The position numbers and the translations under genes are program-made. This document shows positions 51,951 through 64,000 of a DNA stretch of 64,000 bases, piece by piece. The notes beneath the pieces are model-generated. The model had not been told where the DNA came from, did no database searches, and saw only the letters and a list, made by a program, of their open reading frames with translations. The DNA is taken from NCBI RefSeq assembly GCF_009914755.1, contig NC_060925.1; one strand, given 5' to 3'. The stretch's first letter is position 1. Each line of letters starts with the position of its first letter. Source of the stretch: the human T2T-CHM13v2.0 reference genome, Homo sapiens.

Positions 51951-54671
51951 TGGCCCACAAGGGATGTTGAAGATCTACTGAAGGGAAGTTTTCCACCATC
52001 TAGGTACTGGTCCATAATAAAAATCTGCCACCCATCCAACCCACCCAGCCCATCCATAGTAAGGCTAATGAGCTGCTGTAATAGAATGAATGCTAGACCC
52101 AGGGTCCTGAGGTTGCAGGTTTGAATTCGAGCTCTGCTTCTTATTAGGAGAAGTTACTCAACATCTAAGCTTAGTTTACTCAGCTGTGAAGCAGGAACCG
52201 TAACACACACTAGACAGGGTTGGTGTGAGGACCACACAAGACGGCGGGCGCTAATGCTCCCACCTCAGTCAACTGTTGGATAGGATGGAGCTGTCCCCTC
52301 TGCTCCCACAGAAGCCCAGACCTGGGGCCATGAACTTGTGCTTTCAAAAGCGGGGCTGACAGAGCAGACTTGATAAAGACCCTGGTTGTCGGATATGATA
52401 ATAATAGTCTCATTTATTAATATAAAGGCCTGCTAATAGAGGCGGCACTTTTAATTAGCCAACACGGCCACGATATTAATTTTTATCCAGTTATTTAAGT
52501 CCAGGAGCCTTCCTCCCCTCTCTGTTAGCACTTAGCTGGAGGGTGATTGAGAACACTTGTAATTGGATTTCTGTGCAGGACTTAATTATAAGGAGACAAT
52601 AAAGCCCCTGAAATGCGGCAGGTTCTACCCTGCTAACTATTATTTTCCAGAGACACGCTCACACCAATGAATGCACAGATTTATCTAAATTATAATTTTT
52701 AAACTTAACAAAGCTTCACTTCCCCCTCCCCCACCAAGCCTGAGAGGAGTCTGCAGGGAGTACAGATTTGCAGGGAGGAGGGCACAGAGGCAGAATACTT
52801 CATTCCTGTAATCAAGTCTTTCACTCCATGGGCCACTGAGCGGCTTCCCCAGGCCCCTTGGGATCTCCCAAGTGTATTTTCTTCCCTTGGCCAAATGGCT
52901 TATTAATAGAATTGGCTTATTTATATCTCACCTAGAAAAATCCCAAAGTGTTACAGCAACAGGGAGATATTGAGCCAATTAGTTGTTGGGCTTGTTGTCA
53001 TGGGGGGGAAATTTAGTTATTAATTTACTGCCCTTCACCAGTGGCGGAATCGATTCAGAGGAAACCAGAAGGGAAAAAAAGCCACGTGTCTCAGACCATC
53101 TGAGAAAACTCAGAGACAAGGCTAAACCATTTATACCTCCAGCGAAGCTGTCTAACTTTACGAGAGCGAGGAGACTGAGGCCTCTGCTGTGGTCAGCTAC
53201 GTGTGGCATGGGTACCAGCCTCTACGGAGCATCTACTGTGGCCTGACTGTTTACAAACATCAAACCACTCTGTGAAACAGGCTTATTTCATCCACTGCAT
53301 AGAAGAAGAAACTTGTGCATCCATGCATTCAATATTTGCTGAATCCTATATCATAAGATAGGCCTCGGAGACACAGTGGTGGACAGGACAGAACCTGCCC
53401 TTCTGGAGCCTACGTTCCTGCTCAATGCAGAGATAGTCCCAAGGTCACTGATCCACATTCATGCTTGGCCGGGCTTAGATAGGAAACCAGGCAGGTTCTA
53501 CCAATGCCAAAGTCTGGGGAATTGCTTTTCCTTTTCTTGAATGCTAGGTTTTGGGGTCTTGTGGCCTCCTACAAAGCCCACACTGTGAGTCACCATCCAC
53601 CTTCTTTGCTGGGCAACCTCAGAGGAGGAAAAGACGTCACTATTTTAGTTTAGGACCTGGGAGGTGGAGTGGAGTTTCCCTGAGATAAGGGAATGGGAGA
53701 GGACCTTCTGCTATTCTATGAATGTAATTGTGGCTGATGAGGAGTTTTGGAGTACAGTATTTTTTTTATTACAATTGTCATTACACTTGTAGATATTTGG
53801 GAGGGTGATTGGGAAACAGAATAAAGTAACAAGTAAAATTCTCACATAATCCTACTCCCCTATTTAGACCACACTGTAACATGCTGTGAACAGTTTTCCA
53901 AATCATTAAAAATTCTCTGTGGACATAATTTTAAATCAGAATATAATATTTCATCTTGTGGACATACTATAATTTATTTAACTCTCCCATATTGGCAGGT
54001 ATTTAATTTGTTTCTACTTATTATTTTAAATAAAAGACATGTACATATATGTTTGTCCTTGTTTTTACCTGCTCAGAATGGAAGTGAAATTATTACCACA
54101 AAGAGAATGAATATTTTAAAGGCCCTTGAGACTTACTGCCATCTTGTGTTCTAGAAATATTGTACAAATTTCTAATAGTGTGAGAGGGCCCAGCATTGTA
54201 GTACACCTTCCTTCATCAATAATCCACATTGACTTTTACAAGTATTTGCTAATTTAATAGGGCAAAAATTGTATTTCATTATTGTGTTTTTTTCACATAT
54301 ATTGATTGCTAGTGAGCTTCAACATTTCTTTGTGTGTCTAAATAATCATTAGCATTTCTTCTGCAAATAGCCTATTCTCATCCTTTGCACATTTTTCTTT
54401 TGGGTTTAGTGGGGCTTTTTATGTGTATGAGTGCTATTTTGTATTTTAAGAACATTAACTTTTTGATGTTTTTGTTGAAGACATTTTTTCTCAGGTTGAT
54501 TTTGCTGTTTACTTTTATTTTCTATGATGTTTTTTATAGATATGGTTTGAATTTATATGCAGCCAAATATATCTATTCTTTCTTTGTGATTCCTCCAATT
54601 ACTTTTATACTTAGAAATTCCATCTCCACACTGAGATAAACATACTAATATTTTATTCTAAGTATTTTATG

Positions 54672-54991
54672 ATTTTTTTTTGAGGTCGGGGGACAGAGTC
54701 TTGCTCTGCCACCCAGGCTAGAGTACAGTGGGGCAGTCCCGTCTCACTGCAGCCTTGACCCCCTGAGCTCCAGTGATCTTCCCACCTCAGCCTCTGGAGT
54801 AGCTGGGACTACAGGCCCACACCACCACTCCTGGTTAAGAAGGTTTAGAATTGTTTTTTCTTTTATTTTTGTAGAGGTGATATCTCCCTATGTTGCCCAG
54901 GCTGGTCTCAAATTCCTGGGCTCAAGTGATTCTCCTCCCTAGGCCTCCCAAAGTGCTGGGATTACAGGTGTGAGCAACCCCACTGCCCAGT
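54672..54991 (-). mobile_element. AluJ
   Basis: Antisense dimer with extra linker sequence. Confidence 0.85.
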
Positions 54992-55133
54992 CAGGTTTGA
55001 TTTTTTCACATTTAATTTTTTAGTTTATTTGGGATTTATTTTGTTCTGTGTTGCATCATGGTAAGGATTTAGACTGATATTTCCCCAAATAGTTAAACAT
55101 TTATCCCTGAATCACTTATTAAGGAATGCTTTT

Positions 55134-55431
<298 letters not shown>

Positions 55432-58400
55432 AGGCTTCCTTTCCCCATTGGCTTAGATGCTGCCTTTGGCTTACGCTAAATTTTTAAACATATATATACA
55501 GTAGACTGTTCTGAGCTGTCTTATTCTGTTCAGTTGGTTCTTCTATTACAATCACACTGTTTTAATTACTGTATCTTTATTCATTCACACATTTAAAAAT
55601 ACAACATATTTGTGTATGAAATATAGCATTTTAATATCTGGCAGAAAAATCTCCCATAGTTACTCTGTTTTTTAGGAGGAAAAAAGACTACTTCTGTTCA
55701 TGTATTTTCCAGATAAATTTTAGAGTCATGCTGTCTAGAAAAAAAAAATCTCATTTGGGATTTTGTAAAGGATTAAATTAAATATATATCTTAATTCATG
55801 AAGCATTTGCATCTTTATACTATTCAGTCCTACCATTCGGGAAAATGACATGCTACTTTCTTTTCCCCCTTATGTTGTTTTTGCAGCTTTAACTCTTTGA
55901 TCTAAATGGGATTTTAGTGTGTACTGTGAGATGAGAATCAAAATTAATTCCCTTTCAATTAGTCAATTTTCCCAAACTCCAGTTTTTGCATAACTCACAC
56001 CTTCTCCAATGACTTATAATGTTTCTTTTATCATTTATTAAGTCCTTATATATAGGAGGGTCTGTTTCTAGGCCATCTATTTATTCTCATTGATCTGATT
56101 ACTGTCTGTCTTTCCTAGTACTAGAGGGAAGTGCCACCCCCCTCCAGATGGCTCTCGGAGTCACTATCTGCTTTCTGCAAAACCAGGATTCATTTCGTGA
56201 ATACAGAGTCAGCTCCTTGGTCAGAGGCTCTGCTTGGAAGCTTTCTAGTGCCTCAAGGCACTCAAATGGAGCAGGTTGATGCCAGGGCTTTGGTTTTAGT
56301 TCAGAAAACACCCAGGCCAATGGAGACTGATTCCTGATCCCTGCCACTTTCCTTCTCTCAGTTCAGTATGGCCAGATGCTGGCTGAAAGGGGGTCCCAGA
56401 CTCCAGACTCCCCAGGCAAGAGTGAGGGCCCAGAAAGCTTCAGAGAGGTGTACAAGATAATAATGCTATACTACAAATCTCTGCATTTCTCAGCTGCCTG
56501 CTTTGTGCCAGGCCTGTGATGAGGACATTATATACCTTAGTTCTAACTTTTACCATAACTGCCTGAGCTAATGCTAGCCACATTTTCCACATTAGAAGAT
56601 GCTCAGAGGGAGTAAGAAACTTACCACATATCACCCGACTACAAAGTGGCTTATTTTTCATCCCAGTTGTGTCCAGTTCCAAAATCCACAATCAATACTT
56701 CCGAGCCACTGGTAGTTGACTCAGCCAGAACGACCACCACAGCCCCTCCCCTGGAGAAAATGGTTTAGGCTTGTTGAGCTTTGCTTCGTCTCCAACTCCA
56801 GCTCTCGTGGTAACAGAATCTGGTGATGTGAGGACAGAGGTTTGAAGCTGGTCACCTGAGCCTGAGCTCAGTGGCCATCTCTCTACCCAGGGTAGTGGGG
56901 TCCATACCACGCTTGGTGGGGGTGGGAGCTCTGCTTCCCTTCCTCACCCCAGACCACCGCACCTTCCTCGTCCCAGTCAGGCAGGCGAGTTTCCTTGTTA
57001 CCTGCAGATGCTAACTTCTGTGGTGTAGGGGAGAGAGCTTGTGTATGTAGCAGGGTAAGGTGGGGCGTGGTGGTAGGAGGAAGACGGGCAGAAGCCCATT
57101 GCTTTAAAAAGGGTTCTGCGGGACTGGCCACCTTCTATCAAAACAGTGGTTGAGAGGGCTGAAACAGCCAGAATCTGAAAATAATAAGCACTCACTTATT
57201 GAATATCTACTAATAAAAACCACAATCTCAATTTACTTCTAATCTTGGTCAATAAATAATGTGCACATGTTTGCTTTTCTACACATATACACAACTGTGT
57301 ACTCCGTATGGTGGAGTCTCCACGTTTCCACTTGAAGTTACCCCATACTCACATGTTCACATATTGACACAGTTGTCCCACTCAGTTTTTAATGGCCTGT
57401 AGTTTTCCATCATGTGAATTCATAAATTAAGAAAACATATTTTAAATGCTGTCTGAAAGGGTCAACATATGAACAGATTTATAGGGAAGGGTCTCGTCGT
57501 GGGAGTATAAGGCAGATCTGCTTTGTGGGGAAATTTATCATTTTGGGGGGCTTGGGAAATGAAATAGCACAAAGTATTATTCTTACAGTCTTCCATCTAT
57601 GCAGACAGAACTTTGGGCTAGGGATCTAGGCACCTGGCTCTGACTTTGACTTTTTCTTTTGTTTACTTTGAGTTTCTTTGTGAGATGCTTTCTTTCCCAG
57701 GTTCCCAAATTTTATTTGTGCTGTTCTGATAATCACAGGAGTCACAAAAGCACAGAGATGCAGGGCTCCTCAGAGGTTGAGTGACTTGCCCAAGGTTACA
57801 GAGTCAGCCAGTGCCTCTGTGGACATCACCTCCACCAGCTTCCTAGTTTTGGAGAATTAGGTCAGAGATGGAGGGTTTGGTCCTCTGAAGAAAGGCCCGG
57901 AGGGAACCTTCATTAAGACCCATGCCCAGCCCAACCTTGAGCCTTCGGCATGTTTTTCCATCTAGGGAGTTGCTGTGTGCCTCTGCTTCTGGATGCTCCA
58001 TGGGGTCTATTTGACCTTGCTTTATAGAAGGGAGAGGAAGGGCCATGAGGGCCCCCAGAGCCCCGAGGCTGTCCTGTTTCTCACTCACAGGACTCCTTCC
58101 TCATGTCTTTACCTTTCCCATCTGTTTGAGCTGGCCCTTCCTTTCAGCTGCTCTTGGAACAGGCCAGAGTCATCACCATGTTGCTATTCTGTGCTGGCAG
58201 AGTCTGTGGACTGTTTGACCTGTCGTAATTATCTCACCACCTTGCTCTATTTCTGTCTCAGTTCACAGAAGACTCAAAGCAAACCAAGACACAGGCACAG
58301 GGGGCAAGTGTAACCGGGGCAGGGTGCGGCTTGGAACCCTAGGACACTAATTCCAGTTTGACCTGGACACTTCTCGTAATGTGGCCTATATCTCAGCTGT

Positions 58401-60387
58401 GGTCAGAGGCCCCCTGCCTGACAGGGAGGGTGGTAGACTTTCAGAACCAGGTGGGACCTTAGAGAACCAGTAGCATTCCATGGAGCCGTAGGGTTGTGCA
58501 GAGGCATACAGGGCCCAACACAGGGAGTGGGGGCAAGGTCAAGGGAGGCCTGGTGTGGGAAGGGAAGGTGGAGTGAGTAGGGCCTTGCCTTCCCATCTGT
58601 TTCCATCAGTGTAACTGCACTTGGATCTGGATTCTGTGTGAGCCTTTCTTTGATACAAAGTTGGAAACTACTGATCTTTTCGAAGTCCCTTCAATTTATG
58701 AAGGAGAAAGCTGAAATTGAGCAAAGAAAAAGGCTTTGCCAAGGCCACTCAAGTGGTTTAGTAGCAGATAGGGCTTTAGGAGGAGACAGGCCCAGTGGCA
58801 GGGGCCGATTGCTGAGGACATTGACTCAGCAACAGGACCCACTTCTCCAAGAGTCTTGTGGATTTCTGTGTCTTGTCCTAGCTCTGGCTGGGAGGGGCCA
58901 GAGGGCCAGTGCTGCTGTCACAGGCTGGCTGTGAGCAGGAAGAGCCATTCTGCTTTGGTCACTATGTGCTCAAACAGGGAACAGCCCTACCCTGAGCCCC
59001 AAAGAGCAACGGGCCTTTCTTCATGGCCACTGAATCCACAGCTTGTGAAGATCTGGTCAAATCCTAAGGATGTCGCTGACCTCTGTGTGATTTTAGATTT
59101 GTTATATAATCTCTCTGAGCCTCAGTTTCCCCATCTCTAAAATGGGAGTGAATGCCAGTTGTTTCCTCTGGCCTTCATAGGAGACAATCAGATCATGTCT
59201 GTGAGGTGCTAACCACAGTGCTGGTTACACAATGAAAGTGCAATAGACACACTAAATCATTGCTACCAGATGAACATCACTGCCAGGGAAGCTCACAAGA
59301 GTAAGAGGTCAGGTCCTGGACCTTTCTGCTTAGCACACAGCAGAGCATATAAGTGACTCGCTAAAGATTTAGTTAAATAAACAAATGACCAGGGAGACTC
59401 CTTAAGGTGGAAGAAAAACATTTTTGGGGAAATGGCCAAGAGGAGTGACAATGTGTGCTTCTATTCTCCCTCAGCATCCTTACCATTCGAACAGGGAAAT
59501 GGAGTTGAAATGAAAACCAAGGGCTGCCTCAAATGAGGAGGGGCACGAGCTGGGTTCCCACAGCCACTGAAGCTCAGGGTTCATGAAGTCACCCACATCT
59601 CAGCTCTGAAAAGATCCTGTGGCCTTTAAAATCACTCAGGGTCAGTGCCAGGCAGAGGAGAAGTCAGGTACCGTCAGGCTGGGGAGCCTCCCTTCTTACC
59701 CTCCAGTGTGTGGCACTGTAGGCTCTTCTGTGGGGCCAGGGGCACTTTTGGGTGCTGCAGCATGCTAGAGGATGATGATAATGATTGTGGCAAAAGGAGA
59801 GTTCCAGGTGAGCTTTTCTAAAATGGGTCATGGAAGTTAGGGACACCTGTGATGGCAATTAGAACCTGCAAAATGGAGCCACATGAAGATGGGAGAACCA
59901 AAGAGAGAGGAGCCTGGGAGGATGGATCAGGAAGATTGGAGTACTGCCCAATTCAGGAGGATTAAATAACCAGCCATATGTTTTTGTTGTTTACTGGTTT
60001 TCTGGTGTTTGCCTCTTAGGTGGGGCTCTTCTAAATGGTCTGGGATAATTCAGACATTAATGATTTCTGGAAGAAAACCAGATGGGGGATGGCTTCCAGA
60101 TTTTCCCTCTTATTATTTCCCATGATGAGTCCAAGAGTCGTCCACTTCCCTGATCTGGAGCCAGTACCCTCTCTGCCTCTCAAGGGCCCTCCATACCCAT
60201 TGATGTCTGTTCCTCTTCTTCTTTGGTTACCCAGTAAAGGTTAGGATCGTTCAAAAGCATCTTCTACTCAGAGACTAAGGGCAAAAGAAACCAGACAAGA
60301 AATCATCAAAGTGAATAGATTTAAGGATCACAGGCACTTCATTTAGTTTCAGCGTTCGATGAACGGATTGACTGGTCTTTTCCTCCC

Positions 60388-60744
60388 TGTGATGGTTAAT
60401 TTTATGTATCAACTTGGCTAGACTACAGTGCCCAGTTTTTTGATCAAATACCAGTCTAGATGTTTCTACGAAGGTATTTTTTAGATGTGATTAATATTTA
60501 CAATCTGTAGACTTTGAGTAAAGCAGTTCACCCTCTAAAATGTGAGTGGGCCTCATCAACAGTTGAAGACCTTAAGGGAAAAAGACTGAAGTTTCCCGAA
60601 GAAGAAATTCTCCCTCTAGACTGCTTTTGTACTCAAGGCTGCATCATCAACTTTTGCAGGAATTTTTAGCCAGCCTGACCTGCAGATTTCAGACTTGCTA
60701 GCTCCCATGATTGCATGAGCCAATTCTTTAAAATCTCCACCCCC

Positions 60745-60801
<57 letters not shown>

Positions 60802-60846
60802 ATTGGTTTACTGGTTTTGTTTCTCTGGAAAACCCTGACTAATACA
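60388..60846. mobile_element. MLT2 solo LTR containing (CA)n at ~60747-60798
   Basis: tgtgatggttaattttatgtatcaacttggcta...gactttgagtaaagcag...tttctctggaaaaccctgactaataca. Confidence 0.9.
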
Positions 60847-61487
60847 CTTACCTAAAACCAGCTCAGTGTGGAGGTGCCCAGACTCCTCCTGAGGGGAGAT
60901 AGGTGAATCCCCCTCTCAGGTCTGGTGAGTGCTCCAGCCCGTTTCCTACTCCACTTCCTTGACTTCTTGCTGGGAATAGTCCTTCTGGGGTCCTTCTGTG
61001 CCCTCTGCCTCCAGCCTCTTTGCTCCCCTCTGTTGCTGTTATCCTCTGCCTGTGGGCTGGCCCTGCCCTCTGGCTCTCAGGGTGAAGAACTACCTTTCCT
61101 AGTAGGCCCCAAATCCTTTTCAGACCCTTGATCTGGGCATGCTTTCAGGAGGCCATCAACAGACTCTTGTAGCCAACTGAGCCCTGTCTGTGGCCTTAGC
61201 ACATGGAAATTAGGCTTGATCCACTTCTGTCTGCCACTTCCCATTTACCTATAGCATGTTCACTGGCAGGTTCATAGCTGGTTCTGCCATTGGGTGAAAC
61301 CTTGATTCATCTTCTATTTTCCTATGTTAGCATCCATGACTAGTCTCCTAAGGACTTAACTCTCAGGCACCAACTTTCATCTCCAAAACTTCTATTAATT
61401 CAACTTCTTCCCACAGTCAGATGGAGATGCTCATCAATTCCTGCCTGTAGGTCCTCCTGGGCTGCCTGTAAAAGAAGGATGTATGGT

Positions 61488-61793
61488 GGCTGGGTGCAGT
61501 GGCTGAAGCCTGTAATCCCAGCACTCTGGGAGACCGAGGCGGGCGGATCATGAGGTCAGGAGATCGGGACCATCCTGGCTAACATGGTGAAACCCCGTCT
61601 CTACTAAAAATACAAAAAAATACAAAAAATTAGCCGGGCGTGCTGGCGGGTGCCTGTAGTCCCAGCTACTCAGGAGGCTGAGGCAGGAGAATGGCGTGAA
61701 CCCAGGAGGTGGAGCTTGCAGTGAGCCGAGATCACGCCACAGCACTCCAGCCTGGGTGACACAGCAAGACTCCATCTCAAAAAAAAAAAAAAA
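61488..61793 (+). mobile_element. AluY, full length with 18-bp TSD
   Basis: gagatcgggaccatcctggctaac; gaatggcgtgaacc; gagcttgcagtg; TSD aaaagaaggatgtatggt at 61470-61487 and 61794-61811; duplicated linker aaaatacaaaaaaatacaaaaaa. Confidence 0.95.
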
Positions 61794-61889
61794 AAAAGAA
61801 GGATGTATGGTTCATTCTCTCTCCTGCTCATTTACCTATTGTAATACTTAGTCCATTACATACATTACCTTATTTAACCCATATAAAAA

Positions 61890-62030
61890 CCTTATTGGAT
61901 GCATATTATTATCCTCATTTTATTGATTTGAAAATTGATGCACAGAGAGGTTATATAACTTGCCCCAGACCATACAGCTTGAGGATGGAATTCAACCCGA
62001 GGCAATCGGAATCCAAAGCTTATGCTCTTA
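61890..62030 (-). mobile_element. MIR SINE
   Basis: tattattatcctcatttt...gcacagagaggttatataacttgccc...ggaattcaaccc. Confidence 0.75.
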
Positions 62031-62719
62031 GCAGGGGATACATGAAACCTAGCAATTAGAAAGGAGTAGGGGTGAGGAATCAAGATAAATGAGACAGAGA
62101 CATAAAGCAAAGCCAGGAATAAGATGAATGCAATTACATGCAGTAGAAATTTCTGTGCATGTGCTTTGGTGGGCTGCTCATTTGGCTGCTGACAGGTGGA
62201 AGCCTCCTCTGTCTTTCAGCTCACTTGCTGAGCCGAGATGTTTGGCAGCTCGTGGTGTTGATATGATCAAGCGCAGACAATCAGCAGCACCCATCTCCCT
62301 AAATTCTCTTGAGTGTCTTATCATGCAGGTTTTACCCTCAAATTGAGGAAAATAGGTCTCTGAGAATTCTACTGACACAGTTTGGCAAAATTATTTTGCA
62401 TTTGTGGTAAAAATGAGATAGAAATACCCCTAATAAAAGGGATGAATCTTTTTCTTATAGAATAATGATTTGGTATTGGCATTAGAGTGTAAACCCAGGG
62501 AAAGCTGCAACTTCAGGACTTAGCTTTTCCCTCCCTTTGTGTTCCTAATAGTACCTAGTCTAGTGTCATGCTCATAGCAAGTGAGGAAGAGATATCAATT
62601 GCATTGAACAAACATGACTATTGGTGAATGAGGAAGAGTGTCTCCATAGGATCTTCTTGTTACAAGAGGAAGGATCCATTTCTGGGGTGGACTTCCAAGT
62701 ATTCAATGGTTCTAGAGCT

Positions 62720-63045
62720 AATGAAAGGTAGTGTGGAAAGTGCAGTGGAAAAAGCCTGTGCAATGTGAAGTCTGGAATCAGACCTCTGTGGCTCTACCAC
62801 TTTGTAACTGTGCAGTCTTAAGTAAGTCCCTTAACCTCTCTGAATCTCAGACTAAAAAATGGAAAACTCTTATCATGTGAGCATGAGAAGCCTACAAGGG
62901 AGGATGTTCCAGAGCCTGGCATTTGGTAGGTGGTTCCCAAGTTCCATTCATTCCATCATCTGTTTATTCAGAACATACTCAAGGGGCATCTGCTGTGGGC
63001 CAGGGTCTGTGCTCTGTTCTGGGAATACGACAGTGAACAAGACAG
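62720..63045. mobile_element. MIR followed by L2 3' end
   Basis: tctggaatcagacc...gctctaccactt...cttaacctctctgaatctcag; cattcattccatc...gtgctctgttctgggaatacgacagtgaacaagacagac. Confidence 0.65.
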
Positions 63046-64000
63046 ACCACCTGGTAGCTTCCATCCTCTTCCTTTGCTTCCTTGCCAGAGGATGGTAGTT
63101 TCTGCAGCAGGTATTTAATAATAGGGATACCCTAAGTCCAAGTTGTGGAGGGGACAGATGGCGGTGGGGTGAGGGGAGCAGCAAGAAGATTGGAGAAAAC
63201 TCAGGGAAGTAAGGATCCTGTACTGAGAAACGTCCTCCTCTGTCCAAATTTCCCTGTATCCCAGCCTCTTGTGAAGCCAGGAGCCCAGTCAGGCAGTGAC
63301 AGAGGCAAGACTCATCTAACTGCTCTGTCCCACATTGGAGCTCACCAGGGCCATATTGTTGCTTTTACTGAGAAAAGACACATTTTTCACTGCTAGACAC
63401 TCGAGTGCCTCCAGGGTTCTAGGTTTGCATTTCAGAGAGAAGAGGAGGATGGTTTAAAGTTAGTAAAAAGCTCTGGTGCACTCCCCAGGCCCAAGGGTGC
63501 ACTCCCCAGGCCTGAGGCCCACTGTGTTGTTGAAAATGACACACTAATTACATGCAGACCTCAGCACTGCACTCTTCTCCTCTCCTCCTGACTCCTCATG
63601 GTGTTATGTTTGCATTTTTCTCACCCTCAGGACCAGCTTTTGCATCTCTCCATTCCATCTGGGAAGGGTGTGTGTGTGTACATGTGTGCGGTGTGGATGG
63701 GGGACCCACAAACACTGTGAACTCAGAGGCTGCTAAGTCGGGACTAACAATCTTCCCAATTATGATCTCTTTGAAGCTGTAAGCACACACTATGTTTACC
63801 AACATGCACTTGTTTACATGTTTTGTTTTACAAGTCCCAGGCCCCATTCTCCCTTGTGTGTTGGCTGTCCATGTTAGACTGGAGGCACTCTGAAGGCAGG
63901 GCCTGCACCTCATCCTTCAGGAGGCTCTACTCTTAGTGCCTGGTATAAGGTTGAAGACCCAGAACTCTCCTGGTCCCATTATCATGGAAATAGTGAGCAG

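Overview
Primate (human-like) nuclear DNA, not prokaryotic: it carries AluJ/S/Y, L1PA/L1M, MaLR/ERVL LTRs, MIR/L2 and MER5/Charlie/Tigger elements. I find no credible protein-coding exon. The ORF track is explained by GC-rich CpG islands, Alu/L1 remnants and chance. Two CpG islands lie at the left (~1.7-2.6 kb and ~5.9-7.1 kb). The second has NRF1/ETS/YY1 motifs and outward-facing splice donors, consistent with a bidirectional promoter of a gene I cannot name. The remaining ~57 kb looks like repeat-rich intergenic or intronic DNA with several repeat-free, homeobox-motif-rich enhancer candidates and one strong CTCF motif. The most unusual structure is a cluster of three short (137-270 bp), 90-95% identical local duplications, two direct and one inverted, all tied to the 9.6-12.6 kb interval. 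One is cleanly inserted into an MLT1 LTR with junction microhomology, like a templated repair insertion. Also present are a TSD-flanked 3'UTR-only retrocopy inside a MER5 element and a tiny L1PA with a candidate 31-nt 3' transduction. I do not see evidence for a new multi-gene system. Repeat subfamily names are from memory of consensus sequences, and identities were counted by hand.
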